A stretch of 64,000 bases of DNA. Source: Chiloscyllium plagiosum (taxonomy: Eukaryota). How positions within the stretch are numbered: the stretch's first letter is position 1; each line of letters opens with the position of its first letter. The notes beneath the pieces are model-generated. The model had not been told where the DNA came from, searched no databases, and was given only the letters and a program-made list of their open reading frames with translations. Made by a program: the position numbers and the translations under genes. Of the stretch, positions 26,511-37,750 are shown piece after piece. The DNA is taken from positions 11,036,507 through 11,100,506 of the forward strand of contig NC_057719.1 of assembly GCF_004010195.1 (NCBI RefSeq). The letters are read 5' to 3'.

Positions 26511-28931
26511 GTTGCACTTGGAACATATTACATTGTGACTGGCCAAGATAACATTATGGTCAGTGATGACCACTGGGATGTTGATAGTGCGATATAGTAT
26601 GAAGCAAAGTCAGGGGAGCCAAATGGTCAATTTCACTGACTCCAAGTTCTTTTTTAATTCCCACTTTTAAAACTAAATTCAAAGTTTCATGTTCAGATAA
26701 AAGGTGATTAACCTGAAATCTGATTCTCTCCAGAGATGCAGCCTGTCCTGTTTAATATTTCCAACATTTTCAATTTTAATTTAAATTTAAATCTTTAATT
26801 TACCATGGTGGGACTTAAATCAACATTGCCTGGATTACTAATCGAGACCTGTGCATTGCTTACCCAATAGTGCAAGCACAAAGAACTAATCCACTAACTT
26901 ATTCAGACCTGTAGGATGTTACAAATTCAATGTTGGATGTGAGCCACTGGTCAGTATTTTGTGACCTTATTCAGGATTTTGGAGAACATTAAAAATATTC
27001 ACATATAAACCTCAGAAGCAGCCAAATAAATTTTGAATCATGAATTTTAAATATGTATCTGCGAGGTTTTTAACCTCCCAGAAGGTTGTAAATCATTTTC
27101 ACAGTATAATTGTTTTTTTTTTCCCCTATTCTAATGGGTGTGAAGTTAATTCTCACACTGAAGAAAGTCATTCCCTCACCAACCAAAGTTCTGCTTAAAG
27201 TTGTCAACCCTCCATATTTGGACTGGAATCTCCAGAAATCCCCAAAAATCAATCTTCAGGGCTCTATTGTAAGATACTCCATGAGAAAAATTCACTGGGA
27301 CACCGAGCAAACCATGCATTAATTATTTCTGAATGATTCTGTATATTAGTTATTTAAAAATTGCAAAAGGTTAAAAAGGCAATTTGACAGCCGGTCAAAA
27401 TTCATCCCTGGAAGATCCACTTCTGCTTTCCAATGAGACAAAACAGATATGGAATGCTGCAAAGATGGGCATGTTTGGTGATCAATTGTGGGAAGGCACG
27501 TTAATTCATTCCCAAGCCAACTGAATCACAAGATTGGGCACTAAAGCATTTCCTGTTAAATGCAGCATTAAAAATATTTGCTTCCTACGTACTACATCCA
27601 TATTCCAGCAGACTCTCTTTAAAGTGCTCTAGATACTTAATTAAAGTGAGATTAATTAAAAGTGATTTCAACTAAAATTAAAATCACTTCTGCATCTGAA
27701 CAGTGTAATTAACACGCCACTCACAAGGCACTTGGAGACAGAAGGTCATGTGATGAAAATCCGAGTAATTCATTCAACCAGGGATCAGAACCTTTTTACC
27801 TGCCCATTGAATGTCAACCTTTCCTTCAGATGGCAGGGACCTTATCTCCATTTCTGGAACTCCTGCCAGAATTTCCAGTCCAGGGCGGGAGGTGGAAAAA
27901 GTTTTTCAAGAGATTTATTCTTTGTGCTACACACACAATACGTTGATGCAAATGAGACTGAACAATAATTTTATTTTACACAGAAGCATAGGCTACATTC
28001 AGACGTAGCCAGTGTCGAAAAGAAACAAAATGGCTTTTGTCCATCAATACCTCTCGACTGACTCCTCTCTCTTCCTTTAAATGCTGCTTAATACCTTTTG
28101 ACCATACCTTTAGCCACTTAACCTTTCTGCAGCTTGTTATTGAATTATGCCCAATCATGCTCTGGTGAAGTGCACTAGTATATTTTACTGCATGCAAGGT
28201 GCTACATAAATGCAAAAAAAAAGCAAGTCCAACTTTTGCACAAATTGATAGTTCTTATCAATTACTTAGTGTTTACGCTGGTGGATTAGCAATTCACAGT
28301 TCCAGATTAGCAATCCAGGCAACGTTGGCTCAAATCCCACCAAGGCAAATTAAAACCTTGAAATAAATATAGAAAATGTTGGAAATGCTAAGCAAGACAA
28401 GCTGCATCTCCGGAGAGAATCAAAATTAATATTTCAGGTTAATCACCTTTTACCAGAACATGAAATTTTGAATTTAGTTTAAAAGTGCGAATTAAAAAAT
28501 AATCGATGCAGAACAACACATAGGCCACAAGCAGAGGTGGGCATGCTCTGATGCAAACATCCATGGGTCTCAATGGTTGCCTGTACACTTGACTGCGGCT
28601 CTGAACCCCTTGTAAAAATATGCTTCTCTTTGCATCAAACAAGTTCAGAAGGAGGGAAAGAGATTTTGAAGACAAGAACAAACACAAATACATTTCTGAT
28701 CCTCTCCATTCAATGTTTTAAAGATGAATCGGAGATTATTTCAGTTCACCCACGACAATGTGGATCAGAAAGATGCAGAATGCCTGCCGTTAAATGCACA
28801 TTAAGTACCCCAATCATCCGGAACTGTGTAGAGTAATTATAAGGTAGAAATTTCCACTATTAGCTCTAGAAAACAAAAACAACCAGATCAAATCTCCTCC
28901 CTTCAAACCATGTGAGCCAACCAGTCCTTAC

Positions 28932-29048
28932 CTCATTTACGTCAATGCCATTTTTCTTCATGTACTCTCTGTCATTTACCTGACCACCTTCCATAAACTC
29001 CATGGTCAGAACACGACTGGTTGACAGTTCCCAATGAATCTTAGGGAC
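28932..29048 (-). CDS. ADCK1: ADCK1 internal coding exon, 117 bp, probably orthologous to human exon 7
   Basis: Minus strand ...TTGTGCTTCATTCCCAAAG|GTC CCT AAG...GTA AAT GAG|GTAAGG. Translates to VPKIHWELSTSRVLTMEFMEGGQVNDREYMKKNGIDVNE (39 aa), matching recalled human ADCK1 VPRIHWDLSTERVLLMEFVDGGQVNDRDYMERNKIDVNE. Lies within ORF 28866..29159. Confidence 0.96.
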
Positions 29049-29289
29049 CTTTGGGAATGAAGCACAAGACAAATCAACACTAAAGCATCTTTCCTGGAAT
29101 CCAGATGACAAACAAGAGATGGGTATAGCTCCTGAAATACTGGCATTTGCTTTTATCAAGTTGTCACATAAACAGCATTACTCGGTGCTATCAAACATCT
29201 TTATTGTTAATGTGCAGAAAGTGGTTATTTGCAAGATTTGTTCATACAGAATGAGAGCAGGTGGCATGTACCCCCTGGCACTGGTCAAA

Positions 29290-30375
29290 AAAGCTGATGC
29301 CCCTGGGATACCGGAGAATGCAGGAAGCTGGATCCAAAATTGGCACATTGACGGAAAACAGAAGGTAGTGGCCCATGGATGCTTTTGTAAATGGAAAGCA
29401 GTTTCTAGTGTTGTCCCACAGAGTTCAGTGTTGTGTCCCTTGCTGTTCATGGACTATTATGGATCTGGAATTAAATGTGAGTGACATGATTGGGAAATAT
29501 GCATATTACAAAAATTGGCCATATACTTGATAATGAAGAAATGGCTGTTGACTCCAGAATGATACCAATAGGTTTGTTTGGGTAGCCAGCCAAGTGCCAA
29601 ATGGAATTTAATCTGGAGAAATACAAATGAATATATCCGGGGAAGACAAACAAAGCTAGAAAATACACAATAATTGAGTGGATATTGGGAAGGGTATTGG
29701 ACTTGAGAAACCTTGGAGTGTGTGTCCATAGGTACTTGAAGATGGCAGAATGGGTGGATGAGGTGGCAAGGAGTGTATAATAGAACGCTTTCCCTTATTG
29801 GATGAGGTATAGAATACAAAGCAGGGATTTAATTCTCGAACTGTACAATATGTCGGATAAGACAAACCTGGAGTTGTGGATGTAGTTCTGACAGAAAAGA
29901 CCTTAATGCCCAGGAGAGAATCTAGATCTTTACAAGAATGTTGCCAGGGTTTGAAATTGTCAGCTATCAGGAAAGATTGGATAAGTTGGCATTGTTTTCC
30001 TGAGAACAGATGAGGCTGGGGGTGACTTAAATTAAGAGATGCTGGAAAAGAATAGGTCTGCTAGACTTTATGACGAAGTTAATTACCAGAGGGCACAGAT
30101 TTAAGGTGATTGGTTGGAGTTTTAGAGGGGACACGAGGAACATACTTTTCACCCAGAAGTTGATGGGTGTTTGGAAGTCATTGTCCAGTTTGGCGATTGA
30201 ACCACAAATCCTCAAATCATTCAAATGTTTTTTGGAATCTGCATTTGAGGTGCGGCAGTCTGAAGGCTGGGAGTGCTGGACCATGGGATTTAAATGGATG
30301 GAAGCCTTTACAGCTGGTACAGACAAGAACTTGAATAGTTCTTTTCAGTTTCATAACCTGTCTATGTCTCGATGT
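29290..30375 (+). mobile_element. Degenerate CR1 LINE in the intron between the two ADCK1 exons
   Basis: WIQNW...QKVV...VPQSSVLCPLLF and TRGHRFKV...FTQKLMGVWKSL remnants. Confidence 0.8.
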
Positions 30376-31321
30376 CAGGGGCAATGTGGCTCGGAAGCAA
30401 ATACTATATACAGTCTGAAACTGAGTCAGTAAAATTGAAAACCTCAAGAGGTAGGTGTGTCTAGGAAGATAATACGAAAACGAAGTGAAAAGTTTAAAAA
30501 AGAAGTCATCAGAAAAACCCATTCCCAGCTCCATACTGAGAAACAGACAATAGGACTAAAAAATGATTGTAAATAGATATCCACATTCATAAAATGGCTC
30601 CAAACTGAGTGGCCGACAGAACTTCACAAAAGATCGAGGCTTTGAGACTAACTGAATTTCTGGAATGAGAATCAAAAGATATTAAGGGAAAGATGTGGAG
30701 AAACTGCTGGGAACAGAGAGATCTTGCTAAAAACTACCCTCCTAAATTTCATTTCTAATACTTCTTCACACTGCTCTGTTAGGATGTCTATCCTTCTGTG
30801 AAATCATTATTAAACAGAGTCGCTTTGAATAAAAAGGTGAAATGCAGGTTCATTCAATCGTCTCCAGGTGATACAATAGCCCTTTGGAGGCTGAACAGAA
30901 TGAATTCACCTGCTTTAAATGACAGTGAATCATTGAATTCTGAGAGCGTACAAGGAGGCCATTTCCCCCATTACCCCCTCTCTGGGCAGCACTATCTTTT
31001 CACTCTCTCTCTCTCTCCAACACTGTTAACAGTCTCCCCAATCCCACAGCCCCACTCCTTTCCTCCTAATCTTTCTAGAACAGGAATATATAGCCCACAG
31101 TGAAGCCCATTTTGTAGCCAGGTTTCTGGCCCTGACATCAGACCACAAGTGTTTATCTGTGCTTACAGGTCATCAGTCTGATCTACCACACTTGATGCAC
31201 TTATATAATGCACTACAAGCATAATTAAGATCTTACTGCATTCCCTCTTACTTTGGCTTTACTATTGCCAAATTTTGTGCTATCAGTATTTTCTAATTAT
31301 ATGTGGACTGTTTTATTCTCT

Positions 31322-31647
31322 GGGTGGCATGGTGGTGCAGTGGTTAGCACTGCTGCCCCACAGCACCAGGATCCCAGGTTCAATTCCAGCCTCGGTGACC
31401 GTCTGTGCGGAGTTTGCACATTCTCCCCGTGTCTGCGTGGGTTTCCTCTGGGTGCTCCGGTTTCCTCCCACAGTCCAAAGATGTGCAAGTTAGGTGAATT
31501 GGCCATGCTAAATTGCCCATAGTGTTAGGTGCATTAGTCAGAGGGAAATGGCACTGGATGGGCTACTCTTCGGAGGGTTGGTGTGGACTTGTTGGGTCGA
31601 AGGGCCTGTTTCCACAATGTAGGGAGTTTAATCTCATGTAATCTAAT
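31322..31647 (+). mobile_element. HE1-type V-SINE, full length
   Basis: A and B boxes, V-domain, tail GGGCCTGTTTCCACA..(AATCT)n. Confidence 0.92.
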
Positions 31648-32324
31648 GCTACATTCCAATTCCCATCCCCTGCCAAGTTAGTTTAAACCCTTGTCAACAG
31701 CATGAGTAAACCACCCCCTGCCATCTTACTTCAGAGGCAATCTATTTGACCCAGCACCAGTCCCACTTCCATCAGAACTGCTCCCAATGATGTTACATCC
31801 ACTCTCCATCAACTGGCTTGATTTGCTCCCACTTCGATGTCTATACACATGAGCACATTACAAAACACAATCTATACAAGTAATCCAGAACCCCATGATA
31901 AAGTTCCAGGGAGTCTGAATCCCACAATGACAAATGGTGCAATTTAAACTGAATAAAAACATGGAATAAAAGCTAGCCTAATGGTGACCATATCTCCAAT
32001 TTCAATTTTCATACAATCTATTTGATTCACTAATGTCCTTCAAGGAAGGAAATCAGCCATTCTTTCTTGGTCTGGTCTGCATGTGATTTCAGACACACAT
32101 TAATGTGGTTGATTCTTAACTACCCTCTGGGTAATGTGGAATGGACAATAAATACTAGCAGACCCAGCAATGTTCATGCCCAAAGAGCACATTAAACAAA
32201 AAGCCTGTCTTCCACAGCAAATATAGACAATTTCACCACTAATTGTTTCCTGTTTTAACTTCAGAGGCTCAAACCACAAATGGCTCAGTTTCACAGTTAG
32301 GACAGCAACATGGCAACCCAGTTA

Positions 32325-33140
32325 AGTAGTATCTTATATAGATTTTAAAAAGTGTTTGTGGATGAGAGAACATTTCCCACTTCATGAACAGAGTATTATT
32401 TCAATGGAGGAAATCTGAGAAATTCAGAAAACTGCAACACAAAGGGACTTGGGGTGGGGGGGAATGTGTGCCTGAAACAGAAAGCTAGCACACAGGTGCA
32501 GCAGGTAACCAGGACGGCTAATGGAATGTTGATCTTTATTTCAAGGGGGTTGGAGTATAAGAGTAGTGAAGTCTTACCACAACTGTACAAGACACTGGTG
32601 AGACCACACTTGGAATACTGTGAGCAGTTTTGAGCAAGGTTATTATTTCATTGGAGGCAGTTCAGAGAAGAGTGACAAGGATGATCCCTGGTATGGAGGG
32701 ATTGTCTCATAAACAAAGGCTAAACAGGTTGGGGCTCCATTCTCTGCAGTATAGAAGAATGAGTGGTGATCTCATTGAAACTTATAGGATTCTTAAGGGG
32801 TTGGACAGGGTAAATGCTGAGGAAATGTTTCTCCTCATGAGAGAAGACCAGAGGGGCATGATCTCAGAATAAAGGGGCACCAATTTAAGACGAGGAGGAC
32901 TTTCTTCTCTCAAAGCATTGTGGTTCTTTGGAACCCCTTGCCACAGAGAGCGATGAGGGCTGAGTCCTTGTGTATATTTAAGGCTGAGATTGATAGACTC
33001 TTGATTGGTAAGGTAATCAAGGGTTATGGTGAAAGGGCAGGAACATGGATGTGAGGAATGTTAGATCAGCCGTGATCCTATTGAATAGTGCAGCAGGCTC
33101 AAGGGTCTGAACAGCCTACGCATGTTCTCATTTCTAATGC
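32325..33140 (+). mobile_element. CR1 LINE 3' fragment ending about 40 bp from the ADCK1 donor site
   Basis: ORF 32630..32872 has LEAVQRRVTRMIPGM...GDLIETYRIL; CR1 3' UTR runs to ~33139. Confidence 0.85.
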
Positions 33141-33182
33141 CACCTACAGTTAAGTTGGTCAATAAGGTTTTAAAATGAGTAC

Positions 33183-33341
33183 CTTGAGAAACGGAAACTG
33201 CTTGAGCATATAGGCCACCTTCTCCGTGTTTTGGCCCTCTTTCAAGAAATCCAGTTCAAGTGGCATGTTTTTCTTTGCTTCATCAACCAGCCATGCAAAG
33301 CTGAATTCAGGAAATGTCCACGACACAAACCGAACCAGAAG
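33183..33341 (-). CDS. ADCK1: ADCK1 (aarF domain-containing kinase 1) internal coding exon, 159 bp, probably orthologous to human exon 6
   Basis: Minus strand ...TTTTATTAACAG|CTT CTG GTT...TTT CTC AAG|GTACTC. Translates to LLVRFVSWTFPEFSFAWLVDEAKKNMPLELDFLKEGQNTEKVAYMLKQFPFLK (53 aa), matching the ADCK1 ABC1/UbiB segment WLVDEAKKNLPLELDFLNEGRNAEK as I recall it. Not in the ORF track in this frame. Joins in frame to the exon at 29048. Confidence 0.95.
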
Positions 33342-33612
33342 CTGTTAATAAAACTCTGCATTACAACTGATGGCAGTGTTGCATATTCGACAATATGACG
33401 TGCCCTTAAAAGAAACCTCCTTTTCCCTTTCTCCTCGTTGACAAATTTAGTAATACCAACACGTTTCATCTTTTGTAGCTTTTTACAGAACTGAGCCTGA
33501 AATGCACATGATCGTGGTCATTGATAATTCTCCTCATTGTCACAAAACACCTCATTGGCCAAATATAAGAACATTTCAGGATTGTACAGACTTAACAGGG
33601 AGAGCTTGAACA

Positions 33613-34417
33613 TTATTGTGGCACTAGAGAAGCACAGCAGGTCCCGCAGCATGTGAGGGGGGGGGGGGGGCTGTTGGGAAGGTAGCTAGGAACATGATAG
33701 AAGGTGGGGGGGTGATGGTGATAGGTTGGAGCGGAGGATGGAGCTGATAGGTCGGAAGGAAGATGGACAATGACAGGTCCACTTTCCTGTCTCCTCAATT
33801 TACTGGAGACTACATTGAGAGCAATTGACACAGTAAATGAAATGTTTGGATGTGCAGGAAAATCTCTGCCGGATGTGGAAGGATCCTTTGGATCCCAGAG
33901 ATTTCCCTGCACATCCAAACACCTCATCTACATTGAGGAGACAGGACGACAACTTGCGGAATGTTTCAGAAAACATCGCTGGGACACGCACTAAACAACT
34001 CCACCACCCTTTGGCTGACCACTTCAACTCCCCCTTCCACTCCACCAAAGAAATGCAAGTTCTGGGCCTCCTTCCCACCTATCCACTCCACCCTCCACTC
34101 TGACCTATCACCATCACTGCCCTATGGTGTGGACTTGTTGAGCCGAAGGGCCTGTTTCCACACTGTAAGTAATCTAAAAAAAAAACAGCAGGTCTGGAAG
34201 CATCTACCTATTGCATTCCTAGTGACCTTCCCCCCCAGCCCCATCCCCTCTCATTTATCTCTCAGCCCCCTTGGGCGTCCCCACACATTCCTGATGAAGA
34301 GCTTATGCTCAAAACATCGACTCTCCTGCTCCTCAGATGCTGCCCCACCTGCTGTGCTTTTCCAGCACCACACTTTTGACTTTGATCTCTAGCATCTGCA
34401 GTCCGCACTTTCTCCTA
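33613..34417 (+). mobile_element. Penelope-like element remnant with GIY-YIG endonuclease fragment and inverted 5' arm
   Basis: Minus arm FHIRQRFSCTSKHFIYCVNCSQC; plus arm CTSKHLIYIEETGRQLAECFRKH...LADHFNSPFHS (GIY-YIG with Cys/His motif). Followed by CTGATGA at 34291 and the common 3' tail. Confidence 0.88.
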
Positions 34418-34734
34418 TCTTGAACAGTATTGTTAGTCAAACAATAATCAAATCACCTTGTGAGTTTTTAAAGTTGCCAAGTGGCATTAACCTTGGCACT
34501 GATCATGTGCAGGAATTGTTGCCCCTTAATGGCTCAGCAACACAGCATACAAACAGAATAGCAACATCTCAAGTTACTTCTGCTATTAAACCTGATCATG
34601 GCTGAACTCTTTCAATTCCACTCTCCTGCCCTTTCCTCATATTCCTCAATTTCCTTAGTTCCCCCGATACAGAACTCCACCTTGTATATACCGAACAACA
34701 TTATTCACAGTACTCTGGGGTAGATTCACAAATC

Positions 34735-34840
34735 AGCTTTGACAAAGGGTCAGTTAGACTCAAAACGTCAGCTCATTTCTCTCCTTACAGATGCTGCCAG
34801 ACCTGCTGAGATTTTCCAGCATTTTCTCTTTTGGTTTCAC
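34735..34840 (+). mobile_element. PLE terminus of a third family, with decayed hammerhead
   Basis: AGCT-TTGACAA-A-GGGTC-AGTTA-GACTC-AAAA-CGTC-AGCT followed by GATGCTGCCAGACCTGCTGAG. Relatives at ~17708, 35880-35937 (-), 46430-46575 (-) and 54950. Confidence 0.65.
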
Positions 34841-34985
34841 AAATCCAAGGATTGACAACCTTATGAATGAAGCAATTTCTTCTCATCTCACTCTTCAATG
34901 GTCAGCCCCTGACCTTGAGACTATGACCCCAAGTTACACACAAACATACAAAATAGGAGGAGAAATGGGCTATACGGGTTCTTGA

Positions 34986-35399
34986 GGCAAAAATGAGGAC
35001 TGTGGATGCTGGAGATTAGAGTGGAGAGTGTGGTGCTGGAAAAGCGCAGCAGGTCAGGCAGCATCCGAGGAGCAGGAGAATTGGCATTTCAGGCAAAAGC
35101 CCTTCATCAGGAATGAGGCTGTAAGCCAAGAGGGAGGTGAAATAAATGGGAGGGGGTGGGGCTGGGGGAAAGGAGCTGAGAGTGCAATAGGTGGATGGAG
35201 GTGGGGGCTCCTCCATCCTCTCCAACCTATCACCATTACCCCCACCTCCATGTATCTATTGCATTCTCAGTTTATCTCACCTCCCTCTTGGCTCACAGCT
35301 TAATTCCTGATGAAGGGCTTTTGCCTGAAACGTCGATTCTCCTGCTCCTCGGATGCTGCCTGACCTGCTGTGCTTTTCCAGCTCCACACTCTCAACTCT
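34986..35399. mobile_element. PLE terminus inverted pair (~410-bp fold-back)
   Basis: 35018-35207 is the reverse complement of ~35238-35398 apart from one deletion; hammerhead motifs on both arms. Confidence 0.88.
35307..35334 (+). ncRNA. Minimal hammerhead ribozyme motif
   Basis: CUGAUGA-A-GGGC-UUUU-GCCU-GAAA-CGUC. Confidence 0.6.
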
Positions 35400-35554
35400 A
35401 TTCAGGTTCTTGAGCCTACTGTCATTATTCAGTAAGGACATAGTTGATGGGTTTGTGTTCAGAATTGCACATTCCCATCTGTTCCCAAAAATCTTTGATC
35501 CCTTTGGCAGTCAATAATTTATGTAATAGATCTGAAACAAAAATAGAAATTGCT

Positions 35555-35858
35555 GGGCGGCACAGTGGTTAGCACTGTTGCCTCACAGCGCCAGAGACCC
35601 GGGTTCAATTCCCGCCTCAGGCGACTGACTGTGTGGAGTTTGCACATTCTCCCTGTGTCTGCGTGGGTTTCTCCGGGTGTTCCGGTTTCCTCACACAATC
35701 CAAAAATGTGCAGGTCAGGTGAATTGGCCATGCTAAATTGCCCATGGTGTTAGATGAAGGGGTAAATTTAGGGGAATGGGTCTGGGTGGGTTGCGCTTCG
35801 GCGGGTCAGTGTGGACTTGTTGAGCCGAAGGGCCTGTTTCCACACTGTAAGTAATCTA
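35555..35858 (+). mobile_element. HE1-type V-SINE inserted into an older PLE terminus
   Basis: Full head, V-domain and tail. Flanks GATCTGAAACAAAAATAGAAATTGCTG and AGCAGGTCTGGAAGCATCTGTG join into a PLE terminus. Confidence 0.92.
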
Positions 35859-37750
35859 AAGAAAAAGCAGGTCTGGAAGCATCTGTGAACAGAGAAAGCA
35901 GAGTTAACTTTTCAAATCCAATGACCCTTCTTCAGCTATCAAAATCCACTATATCTGTCTTAAAAATTATTCAATGAACCTGCCTTCACTGCCTTCGGAG
36001 GCAGATGGTTTCATGGTCGTACAACTCTCAAAGAAATTCTCATTTCAGAATGGAGGGTTATCTCGCAGAAATCTATAAAATTCTAACAGGACTGAACTGG
36101 GTAAATGTTCCCAATGACCAGGGAACTCAATACCAAGGGTCACAATCAAACAATATGAGGGAAGCCATTTCAAACTGAGATGAGAAATTTCACCACCCAA
36201 GATTGCAAAACCTGTGGAACTCTCTGCTGCAGGAAGCAATCGAAGCCAAAATAATTGAAAATTTCAAGGAGGAATTGGGTATAGTTCTTAGGGCTAAAAG
36301 GATCACAGGTCATGAGGAAAAGCAGGAACAGGGTACAGGGTTGAATGATCATCTGTGATCATATTGAGTGACAGGGTAGGCTCAAAAGGACCAAATCGCC
36401 TACTCCTACTTCTATTTTCTCTGCTTCTATATATTTTAAGTAGCTTATCTAGTCACTTATCTCAAGACAAATAATTCTTGAAAATGCTAATTTGATCGAC
36501 TGCTATAAATAAGCATTATCCTACCTTAGAAATGGAAGTTACATTCACAGAACTGACAACCAAACATGTTTAGCTTGAGTTTAGAACCCAAACAATATTA
36601 AACTTTAAACCACACTTTCAGAGGATTATTTGTGGCAAAGGTGAAGTTAATGCAGCGGAAATCCCTTAATAAAATGAAAGGGACAACGTGTAGTAGGACA
36701 GTTCTTTACAGGTGTTTATTTTGCCTTTTTCAATGATTTTCTGTATCTATCAAACATGCTGGGAAGATCAGTTCAAGCAGAGATTGCATTTTATTTGTGA
36801 TTATAACAGAATGCATAAGATGATGGAAACTGGCTTGTAAATACCATAATCACGACTATGTTTTTGACCACAATGAAATAGATGATGCTAAGAGCTTTGC
36901 AGAGAATTGCGGTCAGCAAGAAATCAAATCTATGAATTTACTACAGCCAAATCACTTTGCCTCTTCGACAATTTGGCTACATAAGCTGAGTCATGTGAGA
37001 AATATGGTGGCCATCACTGGAGCTGGCTACTTATCTTTCTTGGTAAATATCAACTTGCTACTCAAAGTATATAAAGCGCTCTGCTAGAATTATTGAATTT
37101 CATGCCTCGACCAAGTTCAAAGATGAGTTTAAGAGATGGACACCAGAAGAGTGGGAGAATTATCTTCTCTTCGCCTCATGGCAAAAGTTAACAAGTGTGA
37201 CCCAGTTACACAAGTTATGCCAGCGAAACCAGTGAGATAGAGTCAACTGAAGTAAGACAAATCAAAGCAAAAGCAGTTATGGAAGCATTACTACTGGAAA
37301 GGAAATTACAGGAGGCAATTACCACAGATCCAAGTACTGCTCTGGAGTTCCTGAGGAATGGCTGCCATTTGCACCTGTTTCATCAATTACTTTCCCCCAG
37401 CTCAGAATTCAGGTTGGTTACTAATGGCCAGTGTTCAATTCCATTCATGACTACAATCATGAAGCAGTCCATTACAGTACCTGGACAACAACTAGACTTG
37501 GGTTGGCAAATAGCATTCACACTACAGGTAATAACCACCTTGGACAAGTAGAAGTCCAATCACTTCCCACTGGCCTTCAGTGGTAACACCATTGGCAGCA
37601 CTTCTACCATTGTCATCACTTACAGTATCACCAGTGACCAGAGGTTAAGCTTAGTCATATAAACAACATGGCTAAATGACAAAGTCTGGCTAAGTACCCT
37701 GTCATGGCTGCCTCACCTCTGCTAACCCATTAAAATATTCTCGTAAGATG

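Noticed and set aside
1..28900. Next ADCK1 exon (HCDPHPGN...DHGLYQ), and the preceding exon (ASLAQVH...VKVQHP) in 33400-64000
   Set aside because: Not found by eye or in the ORF track; probably outside the window or in a gap.
28866..29159. The whole 97-aa ORF as a protein
   Set aside because: Only 28932-29048 is ADCK1-like and bounded by splice sites; the rest is intron.
33242..33469. 75-aa minus-strand ORF as a separate gene
   Set aside because: It is an alternative frame over the true ADCK1 exon.
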